This document shows positions 40,501-53,927 of a stretch of 64,000 nt of DNA, piece by piece. The stretch lies in the NCBI GenBank assembly GCA_010909165.1, contig VJWM01000284.1:62001-126000 (forward strand), written 5' to 3'. The notes beneath the pieces were generated by a model, which saw only the letters and a list, made by a program, of their open reading frames with translations, was not told the DNA's origin and did not search any database. Each line of letters starts with the position of its first letter. Position 1 is the first letter of the stretch. Made by a program: the position numbers and the translations under genes. Source of the stretch: Anthoceros angustus (Eukaryota > Plantae > Anthocerotophyta).

Positions 40501-41759
40501 AGACCAAGCTCTCTTGCCTTACTAGGAGTTATAAAATTGTGGGTGGTGCAGTCCAACAACAACTCTACATCTAAGCCATTCATCTTCCACATATATACAT
40601 GAGATCTCCACCTTTCCTCATTATAGTGTCATCCTTGACACTAGATGACTCACCACATGTCTTCACAACATGTGGCCCCAGCGTCTGGGCTCCTCGGGAA
40701 GTTCTTGAATCCGGCTCTTGGAGCAGGTGGATTGGCAAACCAAATTCAAGTTGGGAGCTCCAACATGTGGACAATTCTAGCAAAGTGTCCTTCTCCATAG
40801 TAACACACACACAGCTAGGCACTTGTTGCCGTCTTCCGACCCCAGTATCTCCTCTAGCTCGGCCTCTGCCCGAGTCTCATTGGTTCCACTATTCAGTGGT
40901 GGTGGCACTCCTCTCCTCTAGATCTACCGAGACCTAGGATATCTTCCTCTTGATACGGTGCCTCTTGAATAAACATATCCGGTATAGCATCTGCGCCATG
41001 GCCTCTTGCAGTGTTTGAGGATTAGTCAAAGCTATCCTATTTTGAGCCCATCTCTTAAGGCCGGTGATAAACTTGTGGAGTTTGTCCGCTCATGCATCTC
41101 TGGACATTGCAAGACAATAGAGCTAAACTCACTCACATACTCCGCAAAGTTCCGGTATGCTTGACATTGTCGAGCATCCTTGTAAACTCTGCATTAGCGG
41201 GTTGGAAAGCGAGTTGCGGCTTGCTTGAAGTCGCCCATGTGAAGATTGTGGCTCTGCGATTGCCTTGCCTTACGTTCTCAACGTAAGTCCTCCACCAAGT
41301 AAGAGCATAATCCTCTAAGAAATTCGTGTGCTTGGTACTCATCTTGCGGCACTCATGATTCGATGCGCTTCAAGAGAAAAACCAAGGCGATTTTCTCGTC
41401 ACGCTCGCCTTTATAAGTCTTTGGGGCTGTATGCTCCCTCAACTTCTTAGACTTTTGGCGGTCTTGCTCTCGAGCTCGGGCTCCACTTCTTGGCTCTTCT
41501 TCAACGAGCTTTACTTTAATCTCGATCCATGGCATCAAGTCTCCTCATGATCTTTTGGGATGGTCCTCTATGGTGGTGCGGTCCTCTGCTCAAGTTCCTT
41601 CCTCCATTCTCACAACTTGCGGACTCGTGGCTCTTCCACGCCGATAGCGGGGCCTTATCTTTCCGGGCGTATCCTTTCCACTCTACTTGGCTCGGCGGGA
41701 TCGCCATCTCCACTAGCGTACTAGTCAAAGATGCTTCAACCTATGCTCACGATACCACA

Positions 41760-42285
41760 AGTAACACCCCCCTCAGCGGGGTGGGGAAAACCACGATTAG
41801 AAGCAAAAATAGGGTAATAAATCAACACCGGACACGGACTAGGCCTCCAAGTAGCCGCCCTCCTCTTCTAGGAGGACTCAGAGACACTCTTGCGCTCTTT
41901 ATTCTTAGATCACGAGTCAACAAGAACATACAGTGGAGGGCTAGAGAACTCCCCATCTTTGCCTAAGCTAGGAGCTTAGCTCTCTCTTCACTTGACCTCC
42001 TCCACAAAGCTCCTTCCACGGCCTCCCCTTAGTGCTTGTTAAGCAACAAGTGCTCTCAAGGCGCAACCCAAGCAACAAGTGCTCTCAAGGTTGGGCCCAG
42101 GCTCTTTAGCCAGGCGAGGTCTCCTTTATACTCAAGCCCTAGCTACAATCTTAGTAACTACTTACTTAAGCTTTAAGCTATTATTTACTACCACACTTCC
42201 TAGGGCTGCATGCTTAACATGCTCTTAGTAAGCTGCTCTTCTAAACATGCCTCTGCATGGAGCTTTACAGCACTCAAGCCGACTT
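41760..42285 (-). repeat. Middle LTR, slightly truncated on its right side
   Basis: Same LTR sequence, adjacent to a PBS. Confidence 0.88.
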
Positions 42286-42608
42286 GTAGTGTGTGGAACA
42301 ATGTCATCCACAGCGCCACAGGGAAAGAGGGACGTGGGGCACCCTTCAGTAGGTCCTGCCAGAACCGAAAGACTGGAAACTCCTCCATCCGCAGTCTCCC
42401 CGCGCCGGTCGCCGCCCCTCCCATCATTTTGAAGGGAATGACACAGTTCGTAGTTATGGTGTTGGCAGAAAAATTAAAAAAAAACATACCTTCAAGAAAA
42501 TAAAATAAATATTTGAGCAGAAAATTCGCAGGAAAACCCCTCATCATTCTGGGGTTAAGCAGGCACTTCCACCCACCAATGAGCACTTGGCCTACTTCTT
42601 TATTTTTC

Positions 42609-44806
42609 TCACGGTCGGCCCTTACAACTGCAATAACCAGCTGCGAATCGATGCACACGGTATCCATCTCTTACAACAATGTCTCTTTGTTCAAGCCTTG
42701 ACATTATCTCCGTGGAACTGTGGCAGTCACTGCACATGCGTAGATTCTTCGTTACCACCAGAGGTGTCCCACTCGGAGTGTTCAACAGACCAAACGCTAG
42801 AGCTAGCTTCTCAGCATGCCCACAAAGCACATCTTCCTTTTCCCTCTCAGACACTGGCTTCAGCACCAACTTTGTGTGAGGTACGTGGCCTCCTTCTTGC
42901 TTCACACGTGCATTTGTGCTCTCTACCTTAAGCGCAATATCCTCTCCTTTCTCCCACCAAATCTATGTACCTGCTTATTCACCTCAATGGTCGCCACTGC
43001 AGGTTTCTTGTTAGCTCCTGCTGCCTTCTCTGTGTTTCAATCCTGTCTACATCGGTCCACCTACCTGCATCTGCGTAGGCATTGGCCATGAGCACACGCA
43101 GACGCCTGTTGAGGTCCAGCCTAACAATGCTTTCAAAACACCATCGCCCTCTCTATCCCGTGACTTTTGCAGGCATTCAACAAAGACGTCAAGCCCACAA
43201 CATTACTTTGGCCCTCACATGATAATAGCATCTTCTCTGCCTCATCTAAATGGCCTGCACGCCCAAGAAGATCAATCATGCAAGGTAATGCTCAATAGTA
43301 GGTTTTGATGCCATGCTGTTCAGCCATGGAATCAAAGTGCTTGCGACCCTCTGGACCAGTCCCTCATGACTGCATGCTACTAGAAGGCAAGTAAAGTAGC
43401 ATCATTAGGCTGAATACCGGCAACTAACATCTCCTCAAAACAAGCTAGTGCCTTGTGACCTTCATCACAAGTACCATACCCAGATATCAGGGCATTCCAT
43501 GTCACCACATCCTTTGTGCCATGCTGTCAAAAACCTGGCGTGCATCTTCCAGTTCACCACATTTTGCATACATGTCCACCAGGCAGTTGCCACAGGCAGT
43601 TATCCAGCAGTCCTCTTTCGACAATCTGTGAGTGCAGCTGCCTGCCCTTCTGTAAGGCACCAGTGCTTGCACAGGCCTTCAGAAGGCAAGCAAAAGTAAC
43701 ATGGTCAGCCAAAATGAGGCCCTCCTCCTCCATTTGTCCATACACAAGCGCCTCTTGGCCGAGTCCTTGCTGTGCATACCCAGCAATCAGGGCATTCCAT
43801 GTCACCACATCCTTTGTGGCCATGCTGTCAAAAACCTGGCGTGCATCTTCCAGTTCACCACATTTTGCATACATGTCCACCAGGCAGTTGCCCACCATTA
43901 CGTCAGCAGTCCTCTTTCGACAATCTGTGAGTGCAGCTGCCTGCCCTTCTGTAAGGCACCAGTGCTTGCACAGGCCTTCAGAAGGCAAGCAAAAGTAACA
44001 TCAGCCAAAATGAGGCCTCCTCCTCCATTTGTCCATACAAGCGCCTCTTGGCGAGTCCTTGCTGGGCATACCCAGCTATCAGGGCGGTCCATGTCACCAC
44101 ATTCTTCGTGGCCATGCTGTCAAAAACCCGGCGTGCGTCTTCTAGTTCACCACATTTTGCATACATGTCCAACAGGCAGTTGCCCACCACTACGTCATCC
44201 AGCACTCCTCTTTTGACAATCTGTGAGTGCAGCTGCTTGCCCTTCTGTAAGGCACCAGTGCTTCCACAGGCCTTCAGAAGGCAAACAAAAGTAACATCGT
44301 CAGCCAAAATGAGGCCTTCTTGCTCCATTTTTCCATACACAACAAGCGCCTCATGTAGCCTTGCATACCCAGCAATCAGGGCATTCCATGTCACCACATC
44401 CTTTGTGCCATGCTGTCAAAAACCTGGCGTGCATCTTTCAGTTCACCACATTTTGCATACCCAGCAATCAGGGCATTCCATGTCACCACATCCTTTGTGC
44501 TGTCAAAAACCTGGCGTGCATCTTCCAGTTCACCACATTTTGCATACATGTCCACCAGGCAGTTGCCAACAAGTTAGTGAATGCCACTGTGCACCACATC
44601 ACAGTGCACTTTTCTGCCAGATTCCAAGTCGGCAAATGCACAAGCTTGAAGGGCAGCAAAGACGTGAGCATCCGCCTTCACTCCTGACCTACGCATCTCA
44701 TGGTACAGTTGTATGGCCTCATTAGGTTTCCCATGCTTAGCGTATGCGGAGATTATGGAAGACCACATGAAGGCATCTGGTTTGCCCCTGGTGAACACAT
44801 CCATGG
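42609..44806 (-). pseudogene. PLS-PPR-E-DYW:KP (GRP) paralogue, 5'-truncated and frameshifted as assembled
   Basis: MDVFTRGKPDAFMWSSIISAYAKHG, several P-L-S units, and an intact C-terminus HAEKLALAFG...CSDCH...CSCKGRP. Confidence 0.9.
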
Positions 44807-47800
44807 CCCTCTTGGAATAGGTAGTGTAACAAACCTCTTGGTTTAGCCTGTTCTACCTTATCCTGGACAAACAGACATGCCTTGACATAGTCTAATGTAT
44901 CTTGATACATTCCTCGATAGCTTCTTCAACTTCTCATAAGTTGAATCACCTCCAGTGACCCGGCACATCATGACATTTGACATTCTTAACTTCTTCTTCA
45001 AGCCTACAGAGTTAGGAATCACAACTCTCTTCTGTTTGTATATCAACAAACCATCTCTGAGTTTGAACTTACTTCCTTTCTCTGCCACCCCATTCATCCA
45101 GTCCTGCACTTCAGGATCTTGCAGATAAGCTTCCTTAATCTCTTTGTGAGTATCCACAGGCTCAATCACAGTTGCCATTGCCTTCAGTCCTTGACTGTTT
45201 GCGACTCAACGCATCTGCAACCTTATTCTCCTTTCCAGGTTTATATTTTAGAGTCACATCATACATAGCTAGGAAATCCTGCCATCTAGCTTGTCTGCAT
45301 TCAACTTTGGTTGGAAGTATGTTATCTTGATATTATCTGACAAAAGACCTACCAAGAGATAGTGCCTCCAAGCCTTTAGGCGGTGGATGGCGGTCATTTC
45401 CTTCTCATAGGTGGGATACTTCATCTCATAAGGATGCAACTTCCTTGACTCAAAAGCTAACGGCTTTTGGTCCCATCAAAACTCCACCTATAGCCATGTC
45501 AGGCATCACACTTCTACATCTTTCTTGGGGTCATACATTCCCAACAGGAGTAGTACTCAACTTCTCTTTCAAGTATTCAAAGGCTTGACAATCGGCATCC
45601 CACTTCCAAGCTTTTGATGTCTTCAAGAGGTCGATTATGGGGCGCTATCTTAGCAAACATATGTACAAACCTCACACGAAGCCAAACCCATAAAGCTCAG
45701 TACCTCATGAATGTTCCGAGGCCAATCTTGAATGGCTTTAACTTTATCGGGATCCATCACGATGCCCTCGAGACAATAAAACCTAAGAATGGAATCTCTC
45801 TTGGCGAAATCACACTTCTTGATTGCCAAGAACAAAGAATTCTCTCTTAGCTTTTGTAACACTTCTCTTAAGTGTTGACATGTTCCTCAAGGTATGGCTA
45901 AAGATCAAAATGTCATCCGGATAGATTACAACACACTTGTCCACGGATCTATGAATATAGTATTCATAAGTGTATGAAATGTGCATTAAGTAAGTCCAAA
46001 TGGCATGACCAAAATTCAAAAGCCCCATACGGTCCTACAAGCTTTGTACTCATGCCCTCGATCCGATGATAGTACCACATCGGATCCGACAGTGAAATAC
46101 TTGGCACCCTTCAACTGTCAACATATCATCCATTCTAGGCAAAGGATATGCATTCTTGATTGTAATCGATTCGAGCTCGTAATCCGGACACAATCGAGTC
46201 CTCCATTCTTTTTCTTGGCGTGAACAATACAGCGCAAAGGAGACTTAGAAACTCGACATATCCCTTTGCCAGGGTTGGATAGTTGTCGCTTGAGTTCTTG
46301 CAACTCATCATGACAATCTATACGGTGCTCTTGAAGGAGGCGTACTCACGGCTTCAAGTCAATCTCATGATCTACTACTGCGAGGCGGCAATGGTGGCAA
46401 CTCATCGGCATCAAATCCTTGAACTCATCCTTGTACTTCTTTTGGGATGTCTTTCACCTCATGGAATCTTCTTCTAGACCATCCTCTAGTCCTTGAGTAC
46501 AACTAAGTATAGCTCCTTCTTTTCCGAGATCCTTCTTAAGCTCTCTTTTGAAATGTCTTGATGGAGTCTCAAGCTTGCTAACACTAGCACAACTCACCTT
46601 GTGCTTCTTGGATATCTCAATAGTGCGAGACTTAACATCCATATACACTTCATTGGATCTCATCCACTCCGGGCCTAAGATGATATCATGGTCATCCATC
46701 TCGGCGTGAAACTCTCATTTCCTTGCCATGCTTCAACTTGCAGCTTTACTCCATGCAATTCGAGTGCAGTCCCTTTAGCTTGCTTGATTCCATATGGCGT
46801 GGAAGTTTGTCCATTCAAGACCAAGCTCTCTTGCCTTACTAGGAGTTATAAAATTGTGGGTGGTGCGAATCCAACAACAACTCTACATCTAAGCCATTCA
46901 TCTTCCCACATATATACATGAGATCTCCACCTTTCCTCATTATAGTGTCATCCTTGACACTAGATGACTCACCACATGTCTTCACAACATGTGGCCCAGC
47001 GTCACTGGGCTCCTCGGGAAGTTCTTGAATCCGGCTCTTGGAGCAGGTGGATTGGGCAACAAATTCAAGTTGGGAGCTCCAACATGTGGACAATTCTAGC
47101 AAAGTGTCACTTCTCCATAGTAACACACACACAGCTAGGCAGCATTCGCGTCTTCCACGACCCTGTTATCTCCTCTAGCTCGGCCTCTGGTAGTCTCATT
47201 GGTTCCACTATTCAGTGGTGGTGGCTCGTCCTCTCCTCTAGATCTACACGAGACCTAGGATATCTTCCTCTTGATACTGGTGCCTCTTGAATAAACATAT
47301 CCGGTATAGCATCTGCGCCATGGCCTCTTGCAGTGTTTGAGGATTAGTCAAAGCTATCCTATTTTGAGCCCATCTCTTAAGGCCGTGATAAACTTGTGGA
47401 GTTTGTCCGCTCATGCATCTCTGGACATTGCAAGACAATAGAGCTAAACTCACTCACATACTCCCAAAGTTCCGGTATGCTTGACATTGTCGAGCATCCT
47501 TGAACTCATTGCATTAGCGGGTTGGAAAGCGGAGTTGCGGCGCTTGAAGTCCGCCCATGTGAAGATTGTGGCTCTGCGATTGCCTTGCCTTACGTTCTCA
47601 GCGTAAGTCCTCCACCAAGTAAGAGCATAATCCTCTAAGAAATTCGTGGCGTGCTTGTGCTCATCTTGCGGCACTCATGATTCAGTCCAAAGAAAAACCA
47701 AGAGCGATTTTCTCGTCACGCTCGCCTTTATAAGTCTTTGGGGCTGTGCTCACCTCAACTAGACTTTTGGCGGTGCTCTGCTCGCTCCACTTCTTGGCTC

Positions 47801-48056
47801 TTCTTCAACGAGCTTTCGCCTTTAATCTCGATCCATGGCATCAAGTCTCCTCATGATCTTTTGGAGTGGTCCTCTATGGTGGTGGGTCCTCTGCTCAAGT
47901 TCCTTCCTCCATTCTCACAACTTGCGGACTGTGGCTCTTCCACGGCCCCGGGGGCCTTATCTTTCCGTGCCTTTCCACTCTACTTGGCTCGTGAGGATCG
48001 CCATCTCCACTAGCGTACTAGTCAAAGATGCTTCAACCTATGCTCACGATACCACA

Positions 48057-48615
48057 AGTAACACCCTCAGCAGGGTGGGGAAAACCACGATTAGAAGCAA
48101 ACTAGGGTAATAAATCAACACGGACCCTAGGCCTCCAAGTAGCCGCCCTCCTCTTCTAGGAGGACTCGCAGAAGCACTCTTGCACTCTTTATTCTTAGAT
48201 CACGAGTCAACAAGAACATACAGGTGGAGGGCTAGAGAACTCCCCATCTTTGCCTAAGCTAGGAGCTTAGCTCTCTCTTCACTTGACCTCCTCCACAAAG
48301 CTCCTTCACGGCCTCCCCTTGGGTGCTCCGCCCAAGCAACAAGTGCTCTCAAGGCATAGCCCAAGCATCAAGTGCTCTCAAGGCGCAACCCAAGCAACAA
48401 GTGCTCTCAAGGTTGAACGCTCTTTAGCCGGGCGAGGTCTCCTTTATACTCAAGCCCTAGCTACAATCTTAGTAACTACTTACTTAAGCTTTAAGCTATT
48501 ATTTACTACCACACTTCCTAGGGCTGCATGCTTAACATGCTCTTAGTAAGCTGCTCTTCTAAACATGCCTCTGCATGGAGCTTTCTTGCAAAGCACTCAA
48601 GCCAGCTTTGTTACT
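48057..48615 (-). repeat. 5' LTR
   Basis: Complete LTR between the PBS and the TSD. Confidence 0.9.
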
Positions 48616-48817
48616 CATAGACTAAAATGAGTAGGTGTTCTGTTCTGTAGCATTCTCACGATTCACGAATCGAGCTCTTATTAAAAATAATAATGCGAAA
48701 GAACGAACGTACATTCTGATGTCATGAAGAGAATGGAGGATCTATGTTCACATCCCGCTCCACGTTAGCACTTGCAGTTGCCCTACGCTGTCCCAGTTGT
48801 CGCTCCAGGCCGAGGGG

Positions 48818-51202
48818 ATGCGTCGGCGGGGACTGTTGTGGACCCAAAAAATTGGTGTTTGTACAGGGATTCTACGAGGAGCTCCCGCTCACCTCACTTC
48901 TGGGAGTCAACCCCTTGCAAACCACCAAGCCTCCAGGTGCAGCAGTTTAAGGAGCCCAGCATTTCCACTTTTTAGAAAATGTGTGGGTGTGGACGGGTTA
49001 TCCTGCGATGGTCGTCGCCACGAGCAGGAGCACTTGTGGGAACAATTTTTTTTGGACCCTACCATGTGGTGGGACAACAGACGAGATAAGTATAGCTCCC
49101 GTTCGCCTGACTTCCGGCGTAAGGGGTCCGGCGAGGTGCTGTGGTTAAATAGCATGTTTAAGCCAGCTTGGGTTGATGAGCAGCTCGTTTCCTTGGATAT
49201 GCAGATGGGTCATGGTGCCTCTCCTTCCGGGTCCAGCTTTTCAGGCAAGCCTGAACCTGGCAGGCATGCAGGATCGGAAATGGGACTCGTTACGGCTGTA
49301 ACCGTGAGCATGTTATGTCAGGAGGGGAAGCTTTCTGAGGCCGTTGAAGCCCTGGAATCCCTGGCGCTGGCACACTCTGCTATTTCTCAGTCTCTGTTTT
49401 ACACTGTGCTGAAATTGTGTACAGCTAAGAAGGATCTGGTTGTGGGGCGACGAGTTCATGACCTCACTGTCAAATTCGGGTACGAGTCGGATGCATACTT
49501 GGGGAATCATATCTTGCGCATGTATGCATGCGGGGGTAGTCTGCAGGAGGCCATGGATGTGTTCACCAGGGTGGGCAAACCGAATGTCTTCATGTGGTTT
49601 TCCATAATCTCTGCGTATGCTAAGCATGGAAAACCTAACGAGGCCATACAACTGTACCATGAGATGCGTAGATCAGGAGTGAAGGCAGATGCGCACGTCT
49701 TTCTAGCTGCCCTTCAAGCATGTGCATTTGCCGCCGACTTGGAGTCTGGCAGAAAGGTGCATTGTGATGTATTGCACAGTGGCATTCCTGTTAACTTGTT
49801 CGTTGGCACCTGCCTGGTGGACATGTATGCAAAATGTGGCGAACTGAAAGATGCACGCCAGGTTTTTGACAGCATGAACACAAAGGATGTGGTGACATGG
49901 AATGCCTTGATTGCTGGGTATGCAAAATTTGGCGAACTGGAAGATGCACGCCGGGTTTTTGACAGCATGAACACAAAGGATGTGGTCACTTGGACGACGC
50001 TGATTGCTGGGTATGCACAGCAAGACCTAGGACATGAGGCGCTTGTTCTGTATGGACAAATGGAGAAGGAGGGCCTCATTTTGGCTGATCATGTTACTTT
50101 TGCTTGCCTTCTGAAGGCCTGTGCAAGCACTGGTGCCTTACAGAAGGGCAGGCAGCTGCACTCACAGATTGTGGGAAGCGGACTGCTGGACAGTGTACTA
50201 GTGGGCAACTGCCTGGTGGAAATGTATGCAAAATGTGGTGAACTTGAAAATGCACGCCAGGTGTTTGACAGCATGGCCACAAAGGACGTGGTGACATGGA
50301 CCGCCCTCATATCTGGGTATGGTACTTGTGATGAAGGTCACAAGGCACTAGCTTGTTTTGAGGAGATGTTAGTTGCCGGTATTCAGCCTGATGGTGCTAC
50401 GTTTACTTGCCTCTTAGTTGCATGCAGTCATGAGGGACTGGTCCAGGAGGGTCGCAAGCACTTTTATTCCATGGCTCAACAGCATGGCATCAAACCTACA
50501 ATTGAGCATTACACCTGTATGATTGATCTTCTTGGACGCGCGGGCCATTTACTTGAGGCTGAGAAGATGCTAATGTCATGTGAGGGCCAAAGTGATGTCG
50601 TGGGGTTGATGTCTTTGCTGAATTCCTGCAAAAGTTATGGGGATATAGCGAGGGCGACGTGGTGTTTTGAAAGCATTGTTAGGCTGGACCCCCTTCAGGC
50701 GCCCCCATACGTGCTTATGGCCAATGCCTATGCAGATGCAGGCAGGTGGACCGATGTAGACAGGATCGAAACACAGAGACGGGCAGCAGGAGCTAACAAG
50801 AAACCTGCAGTGGCAAGCATTGAGGTGAATAAGGAGGTACATAGATTTGTGGTGGGAGAAAGGAGAGAAGATATTGTGTTCAAGGTAGATAGCATGAATG
50901 CCCGTCTGAAGCAGGAAGGAGGCCACGTTCCTCGCACAAAGTTGGTGTTGAAGCCACTGTGTGAGAAGGAAAAGGAAGATGTGCTTTGTGGGCATGCTGA
51001 AAAGCTAGCTCTGGCCTTTGGTCTCTTGAACACTCCGAGTGGGACACCTCTGGTGGTAACGAAGAATCTGCGCATGTGCAGTGATTGCCACAGTTCCACG
51101 GAGATCATGTCAAGGCTTGAACAGAGAGACATTGTTGTAAGGGATGGCTACCGTGTGCATCGATTCGCAGCTGGTTGTTGTAGTTGTAAAGGTCGACCAT
51201 GA
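48818..51202 (+). CDS. PLS-class PPR protein with E1-E2-DYW:KP (GRP-type) domain and N-terminal PDF motif; candidate organellar U-to-C RNA-editing factor
   Basis: Intronless ORF. P/L/S/SS array, P2-L2-S2, E1, E2, KPAVASIEV box, HAEKLA, CSDC, terminal GRP. Basic Ser-rich N-terminus. The start may instead be ATG 48744 if one indel is an error. Confidence 0.95.
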   Translation: MRRRGLLWTQKIGVCTGILRGAPAHLTSGSQPLANHQASRCSSLRSPAFPLFRKCVGVDGLSCDGRRHEQEHLWEQFFLDPTMWWDNRRDKYSSRSPDFRRKGSGEVLWLNSMFKPAWVDEQLVSLDMQMGHGASPSGSSFSGKPEPGRHAGSEMGLVTAVTVSMLCQEGKLSEAVEALESLALAHSAISQSLFYTVLKLCTAKKDLVVGRRVHDLTVKFGYESDAYLGNHILRMYACGGSLQEAMDVFTRVGKPNVFMWFSIISAYAKHGKPNEAIQLYHEMRRSGVKADAHVFLAALQACAFAADLESGRKVHCDVLHSGIPVNLFVGTCLVDMYAKCGELKDARQVFDSMNTKDVVTWNALIAGYAKFGELEDARRVFDSMNTKDVVTWTTLIAGYAQQDLGHEALVLYGQMEKEGLILADHVTFACLLKACASTGALQKGRQLHSQIVGSGLLDSVLVGNCLVEMYAKCGELENARQVFDSMATKDVVTWTALISGYGTCDEGHKALACFEEMLVAGIQPDGATFTCLLVACSHEGLVQEGRKHFYSMAQQHGIKPTIEHYTCMIDLLGRAGHLLEAEKMLMSCEGQSDVVGLMSLLNSCKSYGDIARATWCFESIVRLDPLQAPPYVLMANAYADAGRWTDVDRIETQRRAAGANKKPAVASIEVNKEVHRFVVGERREDIVFKVDSMNARLKQEGGHVPRTKLVLKPLCEKEKEDVLCGHAEKLALAFGLLNTPSGTPLVVTKNLRMCSDCHSSTEIMSRLEQRDIVVRDGYRVHRFAAGCCSCKGRP

Positions 51203-51720
51203 GAAAAATGAAATCTACCCTGTGCGCGAATAAAGGATGACTACCCAGTACTGAAGTGTGTAAAGCAGAGAAAATGGCCTTTTTCAGTCTAACTGTCCAT
51301 GCTCCGGAACCTCTACGATTAGATGCTGCGCGATTTATTTCTGCTGTAACATTCTTGTAATCTCTGAAGGCCAGAAATGACATGTACGCGTGGTACCGTG
51401 AGCTCAGGAACTTTTAGACTGGTTGAACAACGGTATGGTTCTTAAACATATCACATTTTAGCACCCACATCTACATATGTACACACACCAGGTAACGAGT
51501 ATGAAGAGGGAGATCTTGCTTCATAACTCAAAACAGACACAACGAAGCTTCACCACTGAAGGTAAACAAAAATCTCACCTTCCCAAGGATTGGAAGATCA
51601 GGATCCAGCAACGAGTTCCCAGGTGCAACTTCCGTTCAGAAATTTATCAACAGGCCATTTTCACATCCATCAAACAAATTCACTATTCGGAGGCCATTTG
51701 CATGAACCTCCTCTTCCAGT

Positions 51721-53181
<1,461 letters not shown>

Positions 53182-53249
53182 CTACAGCACGCAACCACTC
53201 TCCGGAGTCAACCAGATTTAACACACATGGTTTACAGCCCTAAGGGCCC

Positions 53250-53256
53250 TTTATAT
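53250..53256 (-). promoter_or_regulatory. Probable TATA box of polyubiquitin
   Basis: ATATAAA on the minus strand in GC-rich context, ~160 bp upstream of the ATG. Confidence 0.55.
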
Positions 53257-53927
53257 GGGGGAGTGCGCTACACTACGTACCTAAGCAGGAACGTAGAGAA
53301 AGTTTTTTTAATATTTTTAAACTCTGACTTAAAATTTTAAAATAATAATTAAAATATTTATAGACACACTTTTAATTTAATATGTAAATTAAATTATGTT
53401 GTCACAAGCTTATGGATTCCTAACAATTCTACATCTTTCTTATGCTTAGCGTTTTTTTTGCCTAGTATAATATTTGGTCAAGACATCTATTGGTGGGACA
53501 ATATCTACTCCAATTTTATCTTTTCATATTATTTATTTTATGATTTTACCTTTTTTCATATAAATGATGCTTCGATTGATGGTCTTCTTGTGAAATGTAG
53601 CATGCTTGGTTAAAAAATGAGAACTTGATTGTCATTCAAGAGGGTTGTTGGTGCCCTCCTTAGGGCTGTCCTTTTTTTTTTTGTTTGAGGTGTATGTGAT
53701 TTCACATCCCTTTTTCTTATGTAAAGCCTCCGGTTCCATTCTTTCTAAGTATTTGAATCTCAAATCTTCATAAAAAGTTTACGATTAAATTATTTTAATA
53801 GTTGGAGAATAATTATATAATAATTTATGACATGTTTTACAAAGAATGTTACATCTAGATTACCTACATCAACCCTCGTTATGCTGGAAAAACCTTATTT
53901 TTTTTGCGGAATAAAGTGTAGAATCAC

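Larger units (their letters stand above)
36952..48615 (-). mobile_element. Chromovirus-like Ty3/gypsy complex: three LTRs, one full and one partial internal region, bounded by TSD CATAG
   Basis: Gag FLEDYALTWW, protease LLDS, RT VVIYPDDILIFS, integrase PWKSISMDFI and KLRPKYGGPY, possible chromodomain. PBS (plus strand gctcacgatacca) next to 41760 and 48057. PPT (plus strand tcctccccact) at 37509. CATAG at 36947-36951 and 48616-48620. Confidence 0.9.

Noticed and set aside
4192-44806. Junctions coinciding with CCATGG (restriction-ligation chimeras)
   Set aside because: True for two junctions only; the others lack the site.
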